Origin: Eledone cirrhosa
Lineage: Eukaryota
Reading direction: 5' to 3'
Assembly: GCA_964016885.1 (NCBI GenBank)
Contig: OZ024743.1
Coordinates: 23,002,001 to 23,066,000, forward strand
DNA length: 64,000 bases
In this document: one piece after another, positions 33,935-49,374 of the stretch
Layout of the letters: each line of letters begins with the position of its first letter
Numbering within the stretch: position 1 is the first letter of the stretch
Notes under the pieces: generated by a model
What the model was told of the DNA's origin: nothing
Database searches by the model: none
Seen by the model: the letters and a program-made list of their open reading frames with translations, nothing else
Position numbers and translations under genes: made by a program

Positions 33935-36900
33935 TCTTTCTTTATTTGCCACAGGGGCGTACAAAAATGGGACATTACAAGACGTGACGGCGGGGGGTTT
34001 ACATAAAAATAACTTTAACATTAATAAATAACAATGAACTATATATAATAAAATGACAATTGAAATCCCCAATAGGAGGGAACGTTACTGCAGGGTTGTT
34101 TTACACCCCGTGGATAGAACAACTCTCAACACCAGGAACACGTTTTGTAGGTGTTCCTGTCTTCCCTCTGTTTATCTTCCTCAACCTACAGGTTTATATA
34201 CAGAGAAGGCCCATTCACTCGGGCCATTTTTGCCACATTCACCCACCTTTCAGCGAATTTACTGGGGTGTAGCACCTCTCTCTCCACTCTCACCTTCCTT
34301 CTGAAGTGATACTTAAAGAAGAGGATAAGTTGTTGTCCGGAGAGAAAGGTGTTTGCCCTCAGTCCTTTTAACCTCGTCCACCATATTACCTCTTTCGCCA
34401 TAGCCACCAGACAGAGGAAAACCGCATCTCCTTCGTTCTTAAATGAATGTGGCGGGGTGATCCTCACGATAGACTCGGCTGACAACTGGATGCGTCCCAC
34501 ACGTGACAGCAGCTGTTCGACATAATTCCACAGGTCGGTCACCCCTGGGCACTGAACAATTGCGTGCAGAAACGGTTTCGATGTCCTGATCGCATCTTGG
34601 ACAGGTCCTTTTGGCAGGATCTCTGCCAGGGCGTCCGTGCCTGTAGATTTTGTCTCGAACTGGTAGAGCTCCTCGGTAGCACTGCCAGGCCAGAGACCTC
34701 TGGATGTTATCCATAGGCCCTGGACAGAAAGTCCTCCCGAACAGACTGGTCAGTTCGTCCTCCTCGATGCCTAGAGTTTCCCCGAGAACGTCGTCGCACT
34801 TATCCTCCACTAATCCCCTATAGGATGTCGAAGTAGAGTCTCCGCTAATTGCCGTTTCCGCTTGGTAGAGGGCTGTGAGCGCCTGTAGGCACTCGAGGTG
34901 CCAGGCACCCATTTTCTGTCTTCGCTTGACCCAGGACTGCATCTCTATTAGTGAGACGAGTTGTGGAAGAGCTTGTCTCACAAACCACAGCCACACCGGT
35001 TCACCGGTCAGGAATACCTGGAGATGGCGTAGCCTCAGCGAATGTTTGCGCATCATCAGCCACGGCATACCCAGCCCTCCGTTAGAAGGGTGTTGACAGC
35101 AGATGGATCTCCTCACCAATGGAGCCTGTTTCTTCCAGAGGAGTATGCGTTCCATTTTGGTAAGGTATTCGCGGGGGCAAGGCACGACTGTCAAGCGGTA
35201 GTAGATGACGGACGCTATGTAAGTGTTCGCCACCTCCGCTCGACCTTTCAAGGAGAGTTTGCACTTCTGGGTGAGTGAAAATACCTTCGCCGTGACCTCG
35301 TTCCAGTTCTTGTGCACCTGGAGGTCTAGACCGAACCAGACCCCGAGCAATTTCACCCGGTCCTTCCGCCCAGCGTCCAATGACACTCCCGGAAGGCGTG
35401 GGTTTGCCTCTCCATGTGCCGAGTTGCAAACCGATAGACTTGCTTGGGTTTAGTCTTGCTCCTGTCGACGTTTCGTATTCCTGTAATAGGTTGCCGATTA
35501 CCCTGATTTCCGAGGTTTTCGACACCATTGCGGTTATGTCGTCGGCATAGTTTGACGCTGCTTTCCGCAGTCCTGGTTCGATCGGGATCCCCTGCAACAG
35601 CTCCGATTTCCGCAGTAACGGCTCGAGAGTCAGTACATGCAGAATGGGGGAGAGGGGGTATCCCTGACGGATGGAACGCATGATTTGGAATGGCTTTGAT
35701 AGGTAGCCATTCACCTTGACTGCCGAGCAGATGCTGGTGTGCATGGCAGCGATCCAGCCTCTGAAGACGGGACCGAAGCCCGCAGCCTTGAGAACTGCTT
35801 CCAAGTATTGATGAGTGACTCTATCAAATGCCTTAGACTGATCTAAATTGATCAGAGCCCCACCAAAGCCAGCTTTACACCATACCCTCTCTATGATGTA
35901 TCGCATGAGGTGGAGGTTGTTGTGTATGGACCTGGTCAGGATTGCACACATTTGGGCTTCCCCTACCAGGTTCTCGACGACAAGCGCCAGCCTTGCTACT
36001 AACACTTTGGCCAAAATCTTTAACTCTGTGTTGAGAGTTATGAGCCTGAAATTGCTTATCTCATCCCCCTTCTCATCTTTCCTGATCAGCGTTACTACGC
36101 CTCTGCCTACAGAACTGGGAATCCTCCCGTTCTGCTGCCAGTTGCAGTAGACCGCTTCGAGGACGCCAAAGAACAAGTCTGGCATGCCTATGTAAAACTC
36201 ATAGGGTAGACCATCTAAACCGGGTGATTTGTGTTTCCCGCAGCGGCCTAGGGCATCTTCTATTTCTCCCGCTGTGTCGCCCTTTCGCAGCTCTCCGCAT
36301 CCGAGCTCGAGAGTCGCGGTACGCCGTCGAGGTAGGAGCTGAAGTCCATCACCTCGCTCGATTTACCGCTTTGCCCGAACAGTTGTGCAAAATGCTGCTG
36401 GAAGGCCGCGCACATCTGCTTGGATTCAAGTATAATGCGTCCATCTTTGTCTTGCAAAGACCGAATTGTGGATTTGTTGCCACTTTTCGCCTCTGCCGCT
36501 CGGGCCCAGCTAACAGCTTTGGCTCCCTCGTTTCTTAGAGCACGTGTTCTACTTCTGACAATACAACTTTCGTGTTTCATGTTGAAGAACTGGTCTAGTG
36601 CCGTTCTCGCCGCTAGCACGTCAGCTGTACTGCCATTCCTAAGTGTCTCTTCTATTTTAGCTACCAGTTCCTTTTTAGTTTTGTTTTTTTCTAAAGCTAC
36701 TTCCTTGCTAAATGCTATTGATTCTATTCTAATTGCTCTCTTGAGAGAGCTCCGCCACCTGTTGTTGACGATCGCCCACGTCAACTGGCACTTAACTAAG
36801 GTGCTAATCCGTTTACTGTAGGCCTTACCCGCCGGGGGCGACATGTTTAGCTTCCAGTATCCGGGTCCCTGTCTATGTGTTCTATCAAGGTTGACTACGC

Positions 36901-37700
36901 AGGTGACTAATTTGTGGTCTGAATAGGCAACAATGTGCATTTGTGGACAGCTTAATGTTTCCTTATAATTCTGTCTAATTAAACATCTATCTAAATACGA
37001 TCTAGAAGACCCAGTGCGGTTGCTCCACGTCCACCGTGGTGCACTTGGGAAGTCTAGTCGATATCTATTATCACAACCTCCTACATAGTCCCAACGTGCG
37101 TCTAAGATGCCATTCCAGTCCCCCGCTAACACTAAGGAGCGAGACGTTCCCAGGAATCGCTCCAGACGCTTGAAGAACTCTGCTCGCGATGTCCCAGTCG
37201 GGGCATATACGGCCACTAGTCTGAAAGCTCCCCCTTCACTACCATTCACCAGGACCACCAGGCTGCCTTCCGGGTCCAAGTGAAACGTCTGTATTTTGAG
37301 ATCCAAGTTTTTTCGAAACAGAACAGCAACTGGCTGACAGAGAGATGCGTAGATCTCAAAATCATCGAACATGGGGCTTAACTGCTGCTTGTCGTGAATT
37401 CTGGACTCGGTGATGGCTATCACATCTATACAATGTGACCTGAGATCATTTAAAAGCTGGCCCTGTTTCCAGGACATGCCCAGGCCACGTACATTCAAAC
37501 ATCCAGCTTGTATAGTCGCCATGTTGGTGAAGAAGAGTTAAGGAGAGAAAAGGCAGGAACACTTAACTTTTCGTTTCCTGGAGGTCGGGTTGTTCGATCT
37601 CCATGTCCAGATTGGTGGTGTTTGGGGAGGGAGAGAATCCCTTTAGCAAGACACGGTTAATGGGCTTTTGGCAAGGGGGGGGGCACATCATGTGGGAAGA
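33935..37700 (-). mobile_element. Decayed Tx1/L1-type LINE (APE endonuclease-RT-Cys/His C-terminus)
   Basis: LNVRGL..ITES..VYAP..GDWN..YLDR..SDH..GYWKLN (36260-37522); RT with LDQSKAFDRV, RQGYPLSP, YADD (35082-36185); CPRC..ET; AATAAA; (GATA)n on both flanks; frameshifts. Confidence 0.92.
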
Positions 37701-37719
37701 CAGACAGATAGATAGATAA

Positions 37720-37792
<73 letters not shown>

Positions 37793-37962
37793 GGAATCAA
37801 TAAATAACCAGTATCAACTTCATCATCTTCGTTGTGGTTGTTTAACCACAGGTCAGCTCCGGCTGAACAAATCTATGATCAAAGGCATTCCAGCCATGAC
37901 TAACCCATACATAGCTTGGCTATAGCGTAACCAGGACTACGATATCTAAAGTCTGCCTCCCT

Positions 37963-38013
<51 letters not shown>

Positions 38014-38171
38014 TACCTCTCTCTCTCTCTCTCTCTTACTACCTCTCTCTCTCATACACACACTTTCTCTATCTTTCACTCTTTCTTCTACTACCTCTCT
38101 CCACTCTCTCCTTCTCCTCTCTCTCTTTCTCATCTCTCTCCCGTTCCTCTCTCTCTCTCTACTCTCTCTCT

Positions 38172-38212
<41 letters not shown>

Positions 38213-40377
38213 ATATATATATATATATATATCCCTCTCCTCTCTCCCCCCTCTCCTCTCTCTCCCCCTCTCTCATATTCAATCTTATCACTGAATTTCC
38301 ATGGAAGTCAATCCGTAACGTGATTCCGGTTTCCGATAGAAACTCATTCATCTCAATGGCACCTATAATGTGACGGAAGAAAGGAACGTATACCTACACA
38401 AATTCATACCCATTCCGACACTCAATGTACGTCTTACGCTTCACTAACACATTACCATTCAACATCTCCTTACAAATCTATTCTCTGTCGGAGATTGCCT
38501 TTCATCACTCTGGAGAATATCAGTTCTACCAAGCCAACACGCCCTTTCCTAAACTCCAATACTCTCCACAGATTCTTCACTTAGCCAAGGTTGAATCATA
38601 AAATCTAGATTTCCTCTTCGAGGCCAGTGAGCTGCCTGGCCTTTTATAAAGACACAGCTATATAAATACATGTCGATAGTGTCTGTACATTCCACACACA
38701 CACACACACACACACATACATACACACATACGCACATAGACACAAATACACATGCATACACACAAACACACAAATGCACCATATACACACACAAACACAC
38801 AAATATACATGCATACACACAAACACACATACATTCACACACAAATACACACACACGCACAAACATACAAATACACATGCATACACACAAACACACAAAT
38901 GCACCATATACACACACAAACACACAAATACACATGCATACACACAAACACACATACATACACACACAAATACACACACGCACAAACGCACAAATCCACA
39001 ATCATACACACATAGACACAAATATACATGCATACATACATATATACATACATACATACATACATAATACATACATAATGCATACATACATACATACATA
39101 CATAATACATACATAATACATACATACATACATAAATACATACAAACATACATACATACATAAAACATACATATATACATACATGCGCACACAAATATAT
39201 GCATATACATTGGCATTGCGTGCACACTTGCACACAGGTATACATACATAAACAAATACATATGCATTTGGGTCAGAATTAGGTGAAGCCAACGGAGAAA
39301 CCACTTTACATGTTTTTCCCTAAAGCCCGAAAATCGATAACATGTGAATTTAATATCGAATGGACTGTATGATTTGGAGAGGAATACTTTGTCAACCAGA
39401 TACTATCATGAAAGCCACCTCTCCAAAATAGTTTTGTATTATGTATGTATACGATTAACAATGGCGGTTGCGAGAATGAGTATTCAAACCAGTAAAAGAA
39501 TGAAAGAATGTAATGCAAACAAACAAACATACATACATACATACATACATACATACATACATACATACATACATACATACATACATACATACATGCATGC
39601 ATACATACATAGATACATACATAGATACATACATACATATATACATACATAAAATTTGTGAACTTATAAAACCAGAAGAACATACATACAGACATACATA
39701 CATACAAACACACAAATGAACATACATACAAACATACATACATACATATATACACATACATACATACATACATACATACATACATACATACATACATACA
39801 TACATACATACATAAATACATACATGGTGGCTGCCAACTCCTTTTCAAGTACGGCCACTACTTTATATCCATGTAGGAGAACCACTACCGATGCGCTGAA
39901 TGAGTGTGCCTTTTAGTCCAGCATGCGACTTGAAAACTCTGGTACAAACACTACACCTGTGACAATTATTGACACATAGTGCTGGGCCCATGGTACCATG
40001 TGACGACAAGTGCAGAGAGATCTCCAGATACAAAGCAATGCCTGTGCCGTGAAGCTTTTATAGTGAGCAAAGGCACTGCACAAAGCCAGTCCCACTCTCT
40101 TAACCAAGATGTTATTTACCAAAAACAAGAACAAGTCAACATCATTGGATACCATCAGGGTTGCAGGTGTTATATCAGAGTTTTCCTTCTCCTAGAATTC
40201 TGCCTTGACAAAGGCTAAGGAGTCATCTCTCCCGGACATACATACATACAGACATACATATATACACACATATACACATACATACATACATACATACATA
40301 CATACATACATACATACATACATACATACATACATACATACATACATACATACATACATACACACGCACATACATAT

Positions 40378-40955
40378 AGGGTGCGTCAGGGTTTTGCGTA
40401 CATATAACTTTCTTATCAAAAATTCTTTTTTTTTTTCAGATAAATAATGCCATACATTAAATTCACTCAGCAAACAACAAGCCACGCTGTAGTCGTTGCC
40501 TTAAAAGCACAGCATAGTGATACAGCGATAGCTTCCTTCTTGAAAGAGCAAAACACATGCACAAGGTCCTAATACAATTAGAACGCCTGTAAGTTTGTAA
40601 AAAATCAAAAATCCAAAATTAATCAACAAAACTCCTGGAAAGTCAATCAGAGTCATTACAATGAACCTTAAGGTTTCACAATATACATCAGAAGAGTTGT
40701 CCATGAAGACATCTGATACTAGACGTATGGGATGCGGAGAGGCCAGTTTATGTCGGATGTGACGAAAGAAAATCGTTTGGTCCGTGCAAAGCGGTTACTG
40801 AATGAGATAGAATATCAAGAAGCTGGAATACTTTGGTTCTCTTATAATGAGAAAAACTTTGATCAGGACCAAAACGTAAACCAAAGGAACGATAAACGGT
40901 CATGAACACCAAATTTCCAGCGACATTGAGGGTGCAGGGTGTCATCAGCAGCGAG
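40378..40955 (+). pseudogene. Tc1/mariner (maT/DD37D-like) transposase remnant
   Basis: Broken translation HEDI..MRRGQFMS..EKNFDQDQNVNQRND..VMNTKFPATL.V.GVISSE; starts with TAGGGTG. Confidence 0.65.
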
Positions 40956-41290
40956 ATGGAAAAGGAGAATATTTATGCTGAACTAATGAGGAACCCGGAG
41001 ATACTCCATCCTGACTATACGTTTAGATTTGTACCTATGATCAGTGGGGCTCTGGCATATGTTACTAACTGTCTCAGCACAAGACTTGAGGACCTGGGCT
41101 TCACAGAACCAGAAAGGACACGGCTAATTAAGAAGTCGCAAGTACAGTCCATTAAATGAACTGTAAAATATAAACCTTTTCAGAAATCTAACAAGTACAC
41201 ACATTTATAGATATAGTGGCATATGCAGATGTGCACATATAACTAAAAACATACATATCCCCACATTCAATAACACCCGTACATACACAT
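40955..41290 (+). pseudogene. R4/Dong-like LINE 3' fragment
   Basis: EKENIYAELMR..YTFRFVPMISGAL..LGF, homologous to 42370-42890; ends in (CATA)n. Confidence 0.65.
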
Positions 41291-42369
41291 ACTCACAAAC
41301 ATATACATACATACATACATACATACATGGTGGCTGCCAACTCGTTTTCGAGTACGGCCACTACTTTATATCCATGTAGGAGAACCCCTACCGAAGCGCT
41401 AAACAAGTGTGACTTTTAGTCCAGCCAGCGACTTGAAAACTCTGGTACAAACACTACACCTGTGACAATTATTGACACATTGTGCTGGGCCCTTGGTACC
41501 ATGTGACGACAAGTGTAGAGAGATCTTCAGATATAAAGCAATGCCTGTGCCGTGAAGCTTTTATAGTGAGCAAAGGCACTGCACAAAGCCAGTCCCACTC
41601 TCTTAACCCAAGATGATATTTACCAAAAAGAAGAACAAGTCAACATCATTGGATACCATCAGGGTTGCAGGTGTTATATCAGAGTTTTCCTTCTCCTAGA
41701 ATTCTGCCTTGACAAAGGCTAAGGGGTCATCTCTCCCGGACATACATACATACATACATACATACATACATACATACATACATACATACATACATACATA
41801 CATACATACATGGTGGCTGCCAACTCGTTTTCGAGTACGGCCACTACTTTATATCCATGTAGGAGAACCCCTACCGATGCGCTGAACGAGTGTGACTTTT
41901 TAGTCCAGCCAGCGACTTGAAAACTCTGGTACAAACACTACACCTGTGACAATTATTGACACATAGTGTTGGGCCCATGGTACCATGTGACGACAAGTGC
42001 AGAGAGATCTCCAGATACAAAGCAATGCCTGTGCCGTGAAGCTTTTATAGTGAGCAAAGGCACTGCACAAAGCCAGTCCCACTCTTTTAACCAAGATGAT
42101 ATTTACCAAAAAGAAGAACAAGTCAACATCATTGGATACCATCAGGGTTGCAGGTGTTATATCAGAGTTTTCCTTCTCCTAGAATTCTGCCTTGACAAAG
42201 GCTAAGGGGTCATCTCTCCCGGTGATTTTGGATGGCCATTGACTCTTAAGAGCTCCTTGGCCCTTTGACAGGTTTTGTTACATACATACATGCATACATA
42301 CATACATACATACATACATACATACATACATACATACATACATACATACATACATACATACATACATAC

Positions 42370-42890
42370 AAAATTAACAACAAACGAGGAAGAATATATT
42401 GAGACAGATGGCACTAAGGAATACTGGTGGAACCTGAAAATAAAAACTGCCACCAAATTAAAGCACAACAAGCCTGATATTGTTGTTTGGGACCACACAT
42501 TGAAAACGTGTTATTTTGTGGAGATCAGCTGCCTACTTGATGTAAATGTTGTCAGAAAAATACAGGAGAAGGAGAACATCTACGGACCATTGATGAGGAG
42601 TTTACAAATCCAGTATCCATGATACACCTTCAGCTTCATACCCATCATTATTGGAGCTTCGGGTTATACACCAACCCGCTTGGAACAAAGTATGACTGAA
42701 CTTGGATTTGCGGACAAAAAGCGCAGCTCCCTAATTCATAGTCTACAAATGGCTGCGTTAGCTGGCACCTTCAAAATTTGCAAAACATTCTTGCGATTCA
42801 ATAGATGACAATTTCTTTTCTTTTACAACCTTGCCACCAGGAAGGTGGCCGGTCAAAAAATATACTCGAAATTAAGAGAAAGAGATAACA
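42370..42890 (+). pseudogene. R4/Dong-like restriction-like endonuclease 3' fragment
   Basis: WWNLKIKT..HNKPDIVVWD..CYFVEISC..EKENIY..IPIIIGASG (PD-(D/E)xK type); 3' UTR then (CATA)n; shorter copy at 44304-44500. Confidence 0.8.
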
Positions 42891-44651
42891 TACGTACATA
42901 CATACATACATACATACATACATACATACATACGTACATACATACATACACATATACATACATACATACATACATACATACATACATACATACATACATA
43001 CATACATACATACATACATACATACATACATACATGGTGGCTGCCAACTCGTTTTCGAGTACGGCCACTATTTTATATCCATGTAGGAGAACTCCTACCG
43101 ATGCGCTGAACGAGTGTGACTTTTTAGTCCAGCCAGTGACTTGAAAACTCTGGTACAAACACTACACTTGTGACAATTATTGACACATAGTGCTGGGCCC
43201 ATGGTACCATGTGACGACAAGTGCAGAGAGATCTCCAGATATAAAGCAATGCCTGCGCCGTGAAGCTTTTACAGTGAGCAAAGGCACTGCACAAAGCCAG
43301 TCCCACTCTCTTAACCAAAATGATATTTACCAAAAAGAAGAACAAGTCAACATCATTGGATACCATCAGGGTTGCAGGTGTTATATCAGAGTTTTCCTTC
43401 TCCTAGAATTCTGCCTTGAGAAAGGCTAAGGGGTCATCTCTCAACATACATACATACATACATATATACATACATGCATACAACATACATACACACATAC
43501 ATACACATATGCATACATACATACATACATACATACATACATACATACATACATACATACATACATACATACATACATACATACATACACACATACATAC
43601 ACATATACATACACATATACACACATACATACACATATGGTGGCTGCCAACTCGTTTTCGAGTACGGCCACTACTTTATATCCATGTAGGAGAACCCCTA
43701 CCAATGCGCTGAACGAATGTGACTTTTTAGTCCAGCCAGCGACTTGAAAACTCTGGTACAAAGACTACACTTGTGACCATTATTGACACATAGTGCTGGG
43801 CCCATGGTACCATGTGATGACAAGTGCAGAGAGATCTCCAGATATAAAGCAATGCCTGTGCTGTGAAGCTTTTATAGTGAGCAAAGGCACTGCACAAAGC
43901 CAGTCTCACTCTCTTAACCAAGATGATATTTACCAAAAAGAAGAACAAGTCAACATCATTGGATACCATCAGGGTTGCAGGTGTTATATCAGAGTTTTCC
44001 TTCTCCTAGAATTCTGCCTTGATAAAGGCTAAGGAGTCATCTCTCCCGGTGATTTTGGATGGCTATTGAGTCTTAAGAGCTCCCTTGCACTTTGACAGGT
44101 TTTGTTTTTAGTCCTGCAGGATGTCCAAAGTCACCCTCCTCACCAAGAAACCTTGGTGGGGTTGCCAGTTTAGTCGCCAACGACCCGACCATGAGACAGG
44201 TTGTACTGGGATACATGTTACCAGTAGCACCAACTGGTGACCTGACATATACATACACATATACATACACATATACATACATACATACATGCATACATAC
44301 ATACTGAACTTGGATTTGCGGACAAAGAGCGCAGCTCCCTAATTCATAGTCTACAAATGGCTGCGATAGCTGCCACCTTCAAATTTTGCAAAACATTCTT
44401 GCGATTCAAGGGATGACAATTTCTTTTCTTTTACACCTTGCCACCAGGAAGGTGGCCGGTCAAAAATATACTCGAAATTAAGAGAAAGAGAGAAAACATA
44501 CATAGATAATTATCTAGTTGCTGTTACTGAAATTCAATGAGTTTTATTTGTGTTTGGAGCCGGCTCTCTCTTTGTATTGCTCGGAAATTGATAAAACAAA
44601 AACAGTAAAGCATACATACGTATAAATAAATTTGCTTACATAAATACACAC

Positions 44652-44701
<50 letters not shown>

Positions 44702-44774
44702 ACACACATGCACACACACACATACATACACGCACACACACGCACTTATGTATGTATGTATGTATATATATATG

Positions 44775-44807
<33 letters not shown>

Positions 44808-45182
44808 AACTTGTGTTCCAGTGCAGGACAGGTAGAACTAGGTTGATGTTTCTTTTCAAAATTTGACACATAGGTCACGTTTGATATCCACAGGATACAT
44901 ATAAATCAATACTGTTAATCGAAATAGTTTGTTTGTTCTTTCATAATAAATAAGGTTCTGTCAGTTCTGTCCACTTAAGCTATATTTATGTATTTGAATT
45001 AAGATACTATTAGCCAAAAATAGCATAGATTTAGGTAGTTTCAATACAATAATTGGAGTAAGTAATGACCCTTAACTCTTGTTCGAGTCGTAGATGCAGC
45101 ATCTTGACATACATCGTGTCTTGGGCATTATAAATCTAACAGAGACCATCCCTCTCTAGGTCTGAACACAGCCTATTTCTTC

Positions 45183-45274
<92 letters not shown>

Positions 45275-47645
45275 TTTGTATAAGGAAGAATCTACCCCAG
45301 ATACTGGACGGGTGCTTTTATTTATCGATGACTTCGGAAAGATGAATAGAGCTGTGATCAAAGGTTTGAGCCGTCTTTTTTTTTTTTTTTTCATACATAG
45401 ATTATCTTGAACTGCATTATCTAAAATATCCTTCCTATATAAAAGGATGAGATGTGCTTTGAAGAGAGGACTGCTGCTAATTTTAGTATCTGATACTAGA
45501 CCCCAGGCCAGCTTTGATTGGGCAGAGCTATGGTCAAGATATATGGTTAATCACCTCATTTTTTATTGTTCATACAGAGATTTTTGAGAACCACATTATC
45601 TACTTTGATCTCCTATTTTACGACTGTAGGTTTTGATTTAACTAATTCTGGCACGTTAAACAATAATGTACGAGTCTCCTCGCTTTTCAAATAGATGACA
45701 AAAACTGTCCACCTTGTCAACTATCAGAGATTTGATAGATAACGTTAGATATAATCAATGGTCGTTTTTTATTTAAATAATTAATCCATCTCTAATGAGA
45801 GTTGCAAACAACGTTTGGAATATTTGATTAATCATTTGTGTGACTAGGTCCCCTGATAACACACATTAAAGTATTACAATGAATATCAACAAATGCCGCA
45901 AAATTCACTGAATGCAGAAGGATATTTTCTATAAGTGATTCGATGGTGAAGTCAAATGGATATTGAAAGAATTTTATACATTTTCATTTCTATTGAGATC
46001 TGGAAAACGTTGTTGAAAATAAAAATTGAACGAAATTGGTTGGATATGTTTTATATATGAGGTTAATTTATATCGAAAAGATTTCCCAAGTGTCTAATGT
46101 CACATATGAGCTCAGAATCACGGTGTTGTCTATGATAGTAATCGTCAGGATATTCATTAAGGCACTCGAGTATACTAATCACTCCAACAATTTACGATGT
46201 GCAACGGTAAATTGAGTACGATTTTTCTCATTTTAAAAATGTCAGTCATGACCCAAAGTTTAAAAAATATTCCATCACTAAATAATCCTACAATATTGTT
46301 ATGATATATTGCTATATACAGCTCTAATTTCTTCTAAAGCTGTTCGGCAATGACTGAGAGCATGCGGTTAAATAAAATTGAATGTTGTTAAAACTAGTTG
46401 CATTGCATATAACAGATATAAATGTTTTCCCTAAAGAACCTACTGATTAGTGATATAGTAAATATACTATAGTGTTTGTACACCCCAGGTTAGACAATGT
46501 TTCTCTAACTCGTCTTTCATGCATGTTACTCGGTGAAATTTAATTGTGTTTCGTTATTTAAGATAATTGAAAATATAAATGGACAAATAGCTTATCTATT
46601 TATGTACAGCTTTCGACAATGTTATGATAGAAAAGATTAACAACTGACAACTGCTAAAATTACTGGGTACCGAGTAAAATAGAAAAGAAATTTCTTGTGT
46701 TTTGCTTTGCATAGTAAAAATGGCTACCAGAATATACGTCTCTGATTGGTTGTTATAAAACCGGTGAAACACTAAAAATTGTTACCTGTTCCAATAACGC
46801 AGTTAAAGTTGTTAAACATTGCTGTTAGTCTTGTATAACACAGCATGCAGTAAAGGGATGAAACATTTGAATTTAGGGTGAATGAAGGTGATTATGGTTT
46901 CGTGTTAGTTTACCAAGTTTTCTTATCGGAAAGTTACTCTCATCTTTCTAATAACCAATAGTCTATGTTAACTATATTCCAGCAGCGTAAGAGACTTTGT
47001 TAGTCTCTGGTGTTCCATTAATTTAAGCTGTTGAGATATTTTGTTGGGCTTTCTTTCAGAAAAGAAAATGATCTCACGTTTTTATGCAATACTATTAAAC
47101 ATTCTTTCATTTGAGGCCACGACAAAATGAGATGTTTCCTTTATTTTTGGATTACTAAATTATGTTGGATACGTGAGGGAAACAAAAAAAATTCGTATAC
47201 TATGTTACATATAAAATGAAGTGGGCCGACGTGTGTCGATCTCTGGACTAAATCATTATTTTTTTTAAATATAGTAGTTGATGGTGCTGAAAGGTGTGAA
47301 CAGAAGAGGACTGTAAGTGTTAGATGAGAAGTTTATGAACGTTTGTTGTTATTTAGTCTCAAATCGAACAGAACTATAATCAAAAGTATTTCAATCTTGA
47401 CCACCCTGTCTTCGTGTATATCATGGATCACATTTTTCAATGCACCCCTTCTTATTTCAGAGGACAGCATTAGATTTGGTGGCGACTTGACTCCTGTTTA
47501 AGTAACGGAGGGATGAGAATGGCGGGATATGTTTTACTTGTATTGGAGGAAGAACATTCGGGATTTGCGGATGTCCTGATTCATTCATGTGTAGGATAAT
47601 ATATGTTTATTTATAATATATATTATTATATTATTTAGAATATTA

Positions 47646-47832
47646 GGGCGGTGGATTGGCAGTATCGGTAGAGGGTCGGACGCTATGCTTTGATGCATAG
47701 AGTTACGGCCCTTGCCATTCTGAGTTCGAATCCCGCCGAGGTTGACTTTGCCTTTCATCCTTACGGGGTCGATAAAATAAAGTACCAGTAATGTACTCAG
47801 TAATTGCTGGCCTTGTGCCAAAAAGTAGAAAC
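47646..47832 (+). mobile_element. tRNA-derived SINE
   Basis: Same family as 28418; flanked by the direct repeat ATATTATTTAGAATATT (probable TSD). Confidence 0.85.
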
Positions 47833-47993
47833 AATTATATTATTTAGAATATTGTCGGATATTTGTGAAAAGAAAGAAATCACTATAATTAGTAATTAAC
47901 CCTCTTCTTTTATTGTATATTCCAACGTTTGGTAATTGCTTTTGTATAAAATATATTGTATATCATTGAGTCCCACCTGGCCAATAAATTTTA

Positions 47994-48385
47994 CTACTAC
48001 TACTACTACTACAACTACTACTACTACTACTATTACCACATCTGCTGATACTACTACTACTACTACTACTAAACTACTACTACTACTACTACCACTACTA
48101 CTACTACTAAACTATTACTACTACTAAACTACTACTACTACCACCACCACCACTACTACTACTACTAAACTACTACTACTGATACGAAACTACTACTACT
48201 ACTACTAAACTACTACTACTGCTACGAAACTACTACTACTAAACTACTACTACTACTAAACTACTACTACTACTACTAAACTACTACTACTACGAAACTA
48301 CTACTACTACTAAACTACTACTACTACTACTACTGCTACTACTACTATTACTACTACTACTACCACATCTGTTACTACTATTACT
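47994..48385. repeat. (CTA)n microsatellite with periodic CTAAA/CGAAA interruptions
   Basis: Direct reading. Confidence 0.9.
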
Positions 48386-49249
48386 GTTATTGCTGCTGCA
48401 CCTGCATCAGTTGCTATTTTTTCTTCCTTATGTTATTCCAAGGTTTAGTTATTCTCGTTTCAACAATGTTTGTTTCTCCAACTGCACATACATCAGTTGC
48501 TTCGTTTTCTTTCTTTCATTCAAACTCTCCCTCTATCTCTCTTTATCTCTCTCTCACCCTATCACTCACCTGCTCTCTCTCCCACTCTCTCCATCCCTCT
48601 TTCCCTCTCTCTCCTCCTCTCTCTCCCTCACTTTTCCACGATCTCCTACACTCTCTCACTCTCGCCCTCTCTCTCTCTCTCCTTCTGCCTCCCTCTCGCT
48701 CCCTCTCTCCCTTTCTCCCTCTCACTCTGTCTCACACCCTCTCTCACACTTTCTCTCAAGTCCGCTTCCTCTGTCTCTCCCCTCTCTCTCCCACTCTCTC
48801 CCCCTCTCTCTCTCCCTCTCTCTCTCCCACTCACTCCCCCTCTCTCTCTCCCTCTCTCTCTCCCTCATATTCACTTCTCTAATTCTTTAACTCTTAACTT
48901 TTACTTCTTCACACTTGCTCATTATCACAACCACACACACACACAGACAACCACACACACACACACACACAACCACACACACAACCACACACACAGGCAG
49001 ACACACACAGACATACACACATATATGCATATATACACACGCCCTCCCCCTCTCTCCCTCTGCCTCTCTCTCTATCTCCCTCTCTCTGTCGTTAACCTTC
49101 TATCTATCTCTTCATCTGCCAGTCTCACATGCAGCACCACACATCTTCTATTTATAACTTTATATAAAGTGATGAGCACAATAACTGAAATTCATTGAAT
49201 TACACCCGTATCGAGGACAGGTAGACACTGTTGAACAATAACATAACAA

Positions 49250-49311
<62 letters not shown>

Positions 49312-49374
49312 TATTGGCCAGATAGGACTCTCAATGATATATAATATATTTTATACAAAAGCCATTAGAAAACA

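Larger units (their letters stand above)
39825..44245 (-). mobile_element. Cluster of five copies of the (TGTA)n-tailed retroposon
   Basis: Copies at 39825-40236, 41328-41740, 41811-42275, 43035-43442 and 43638-44245, same orientation, each in (CATA)n. Confidence 0.85.

Noticed and set aside
38575-38642. HDV-like ribozyme on minus strand (GGCCAGG...GGCTAAGTGAAG)
   Set aside because: Could not assign P1/P3/P1.1 in the correct order.
39913-44032. Repeated 79-80 aa ORFs (MLGPWYHV.. / MVSNDVDL..) as a gene family
   Set aside because: They lie in a dispersed repeat, have non-ATG or inconsistent starts, and indels between copies break the frames.
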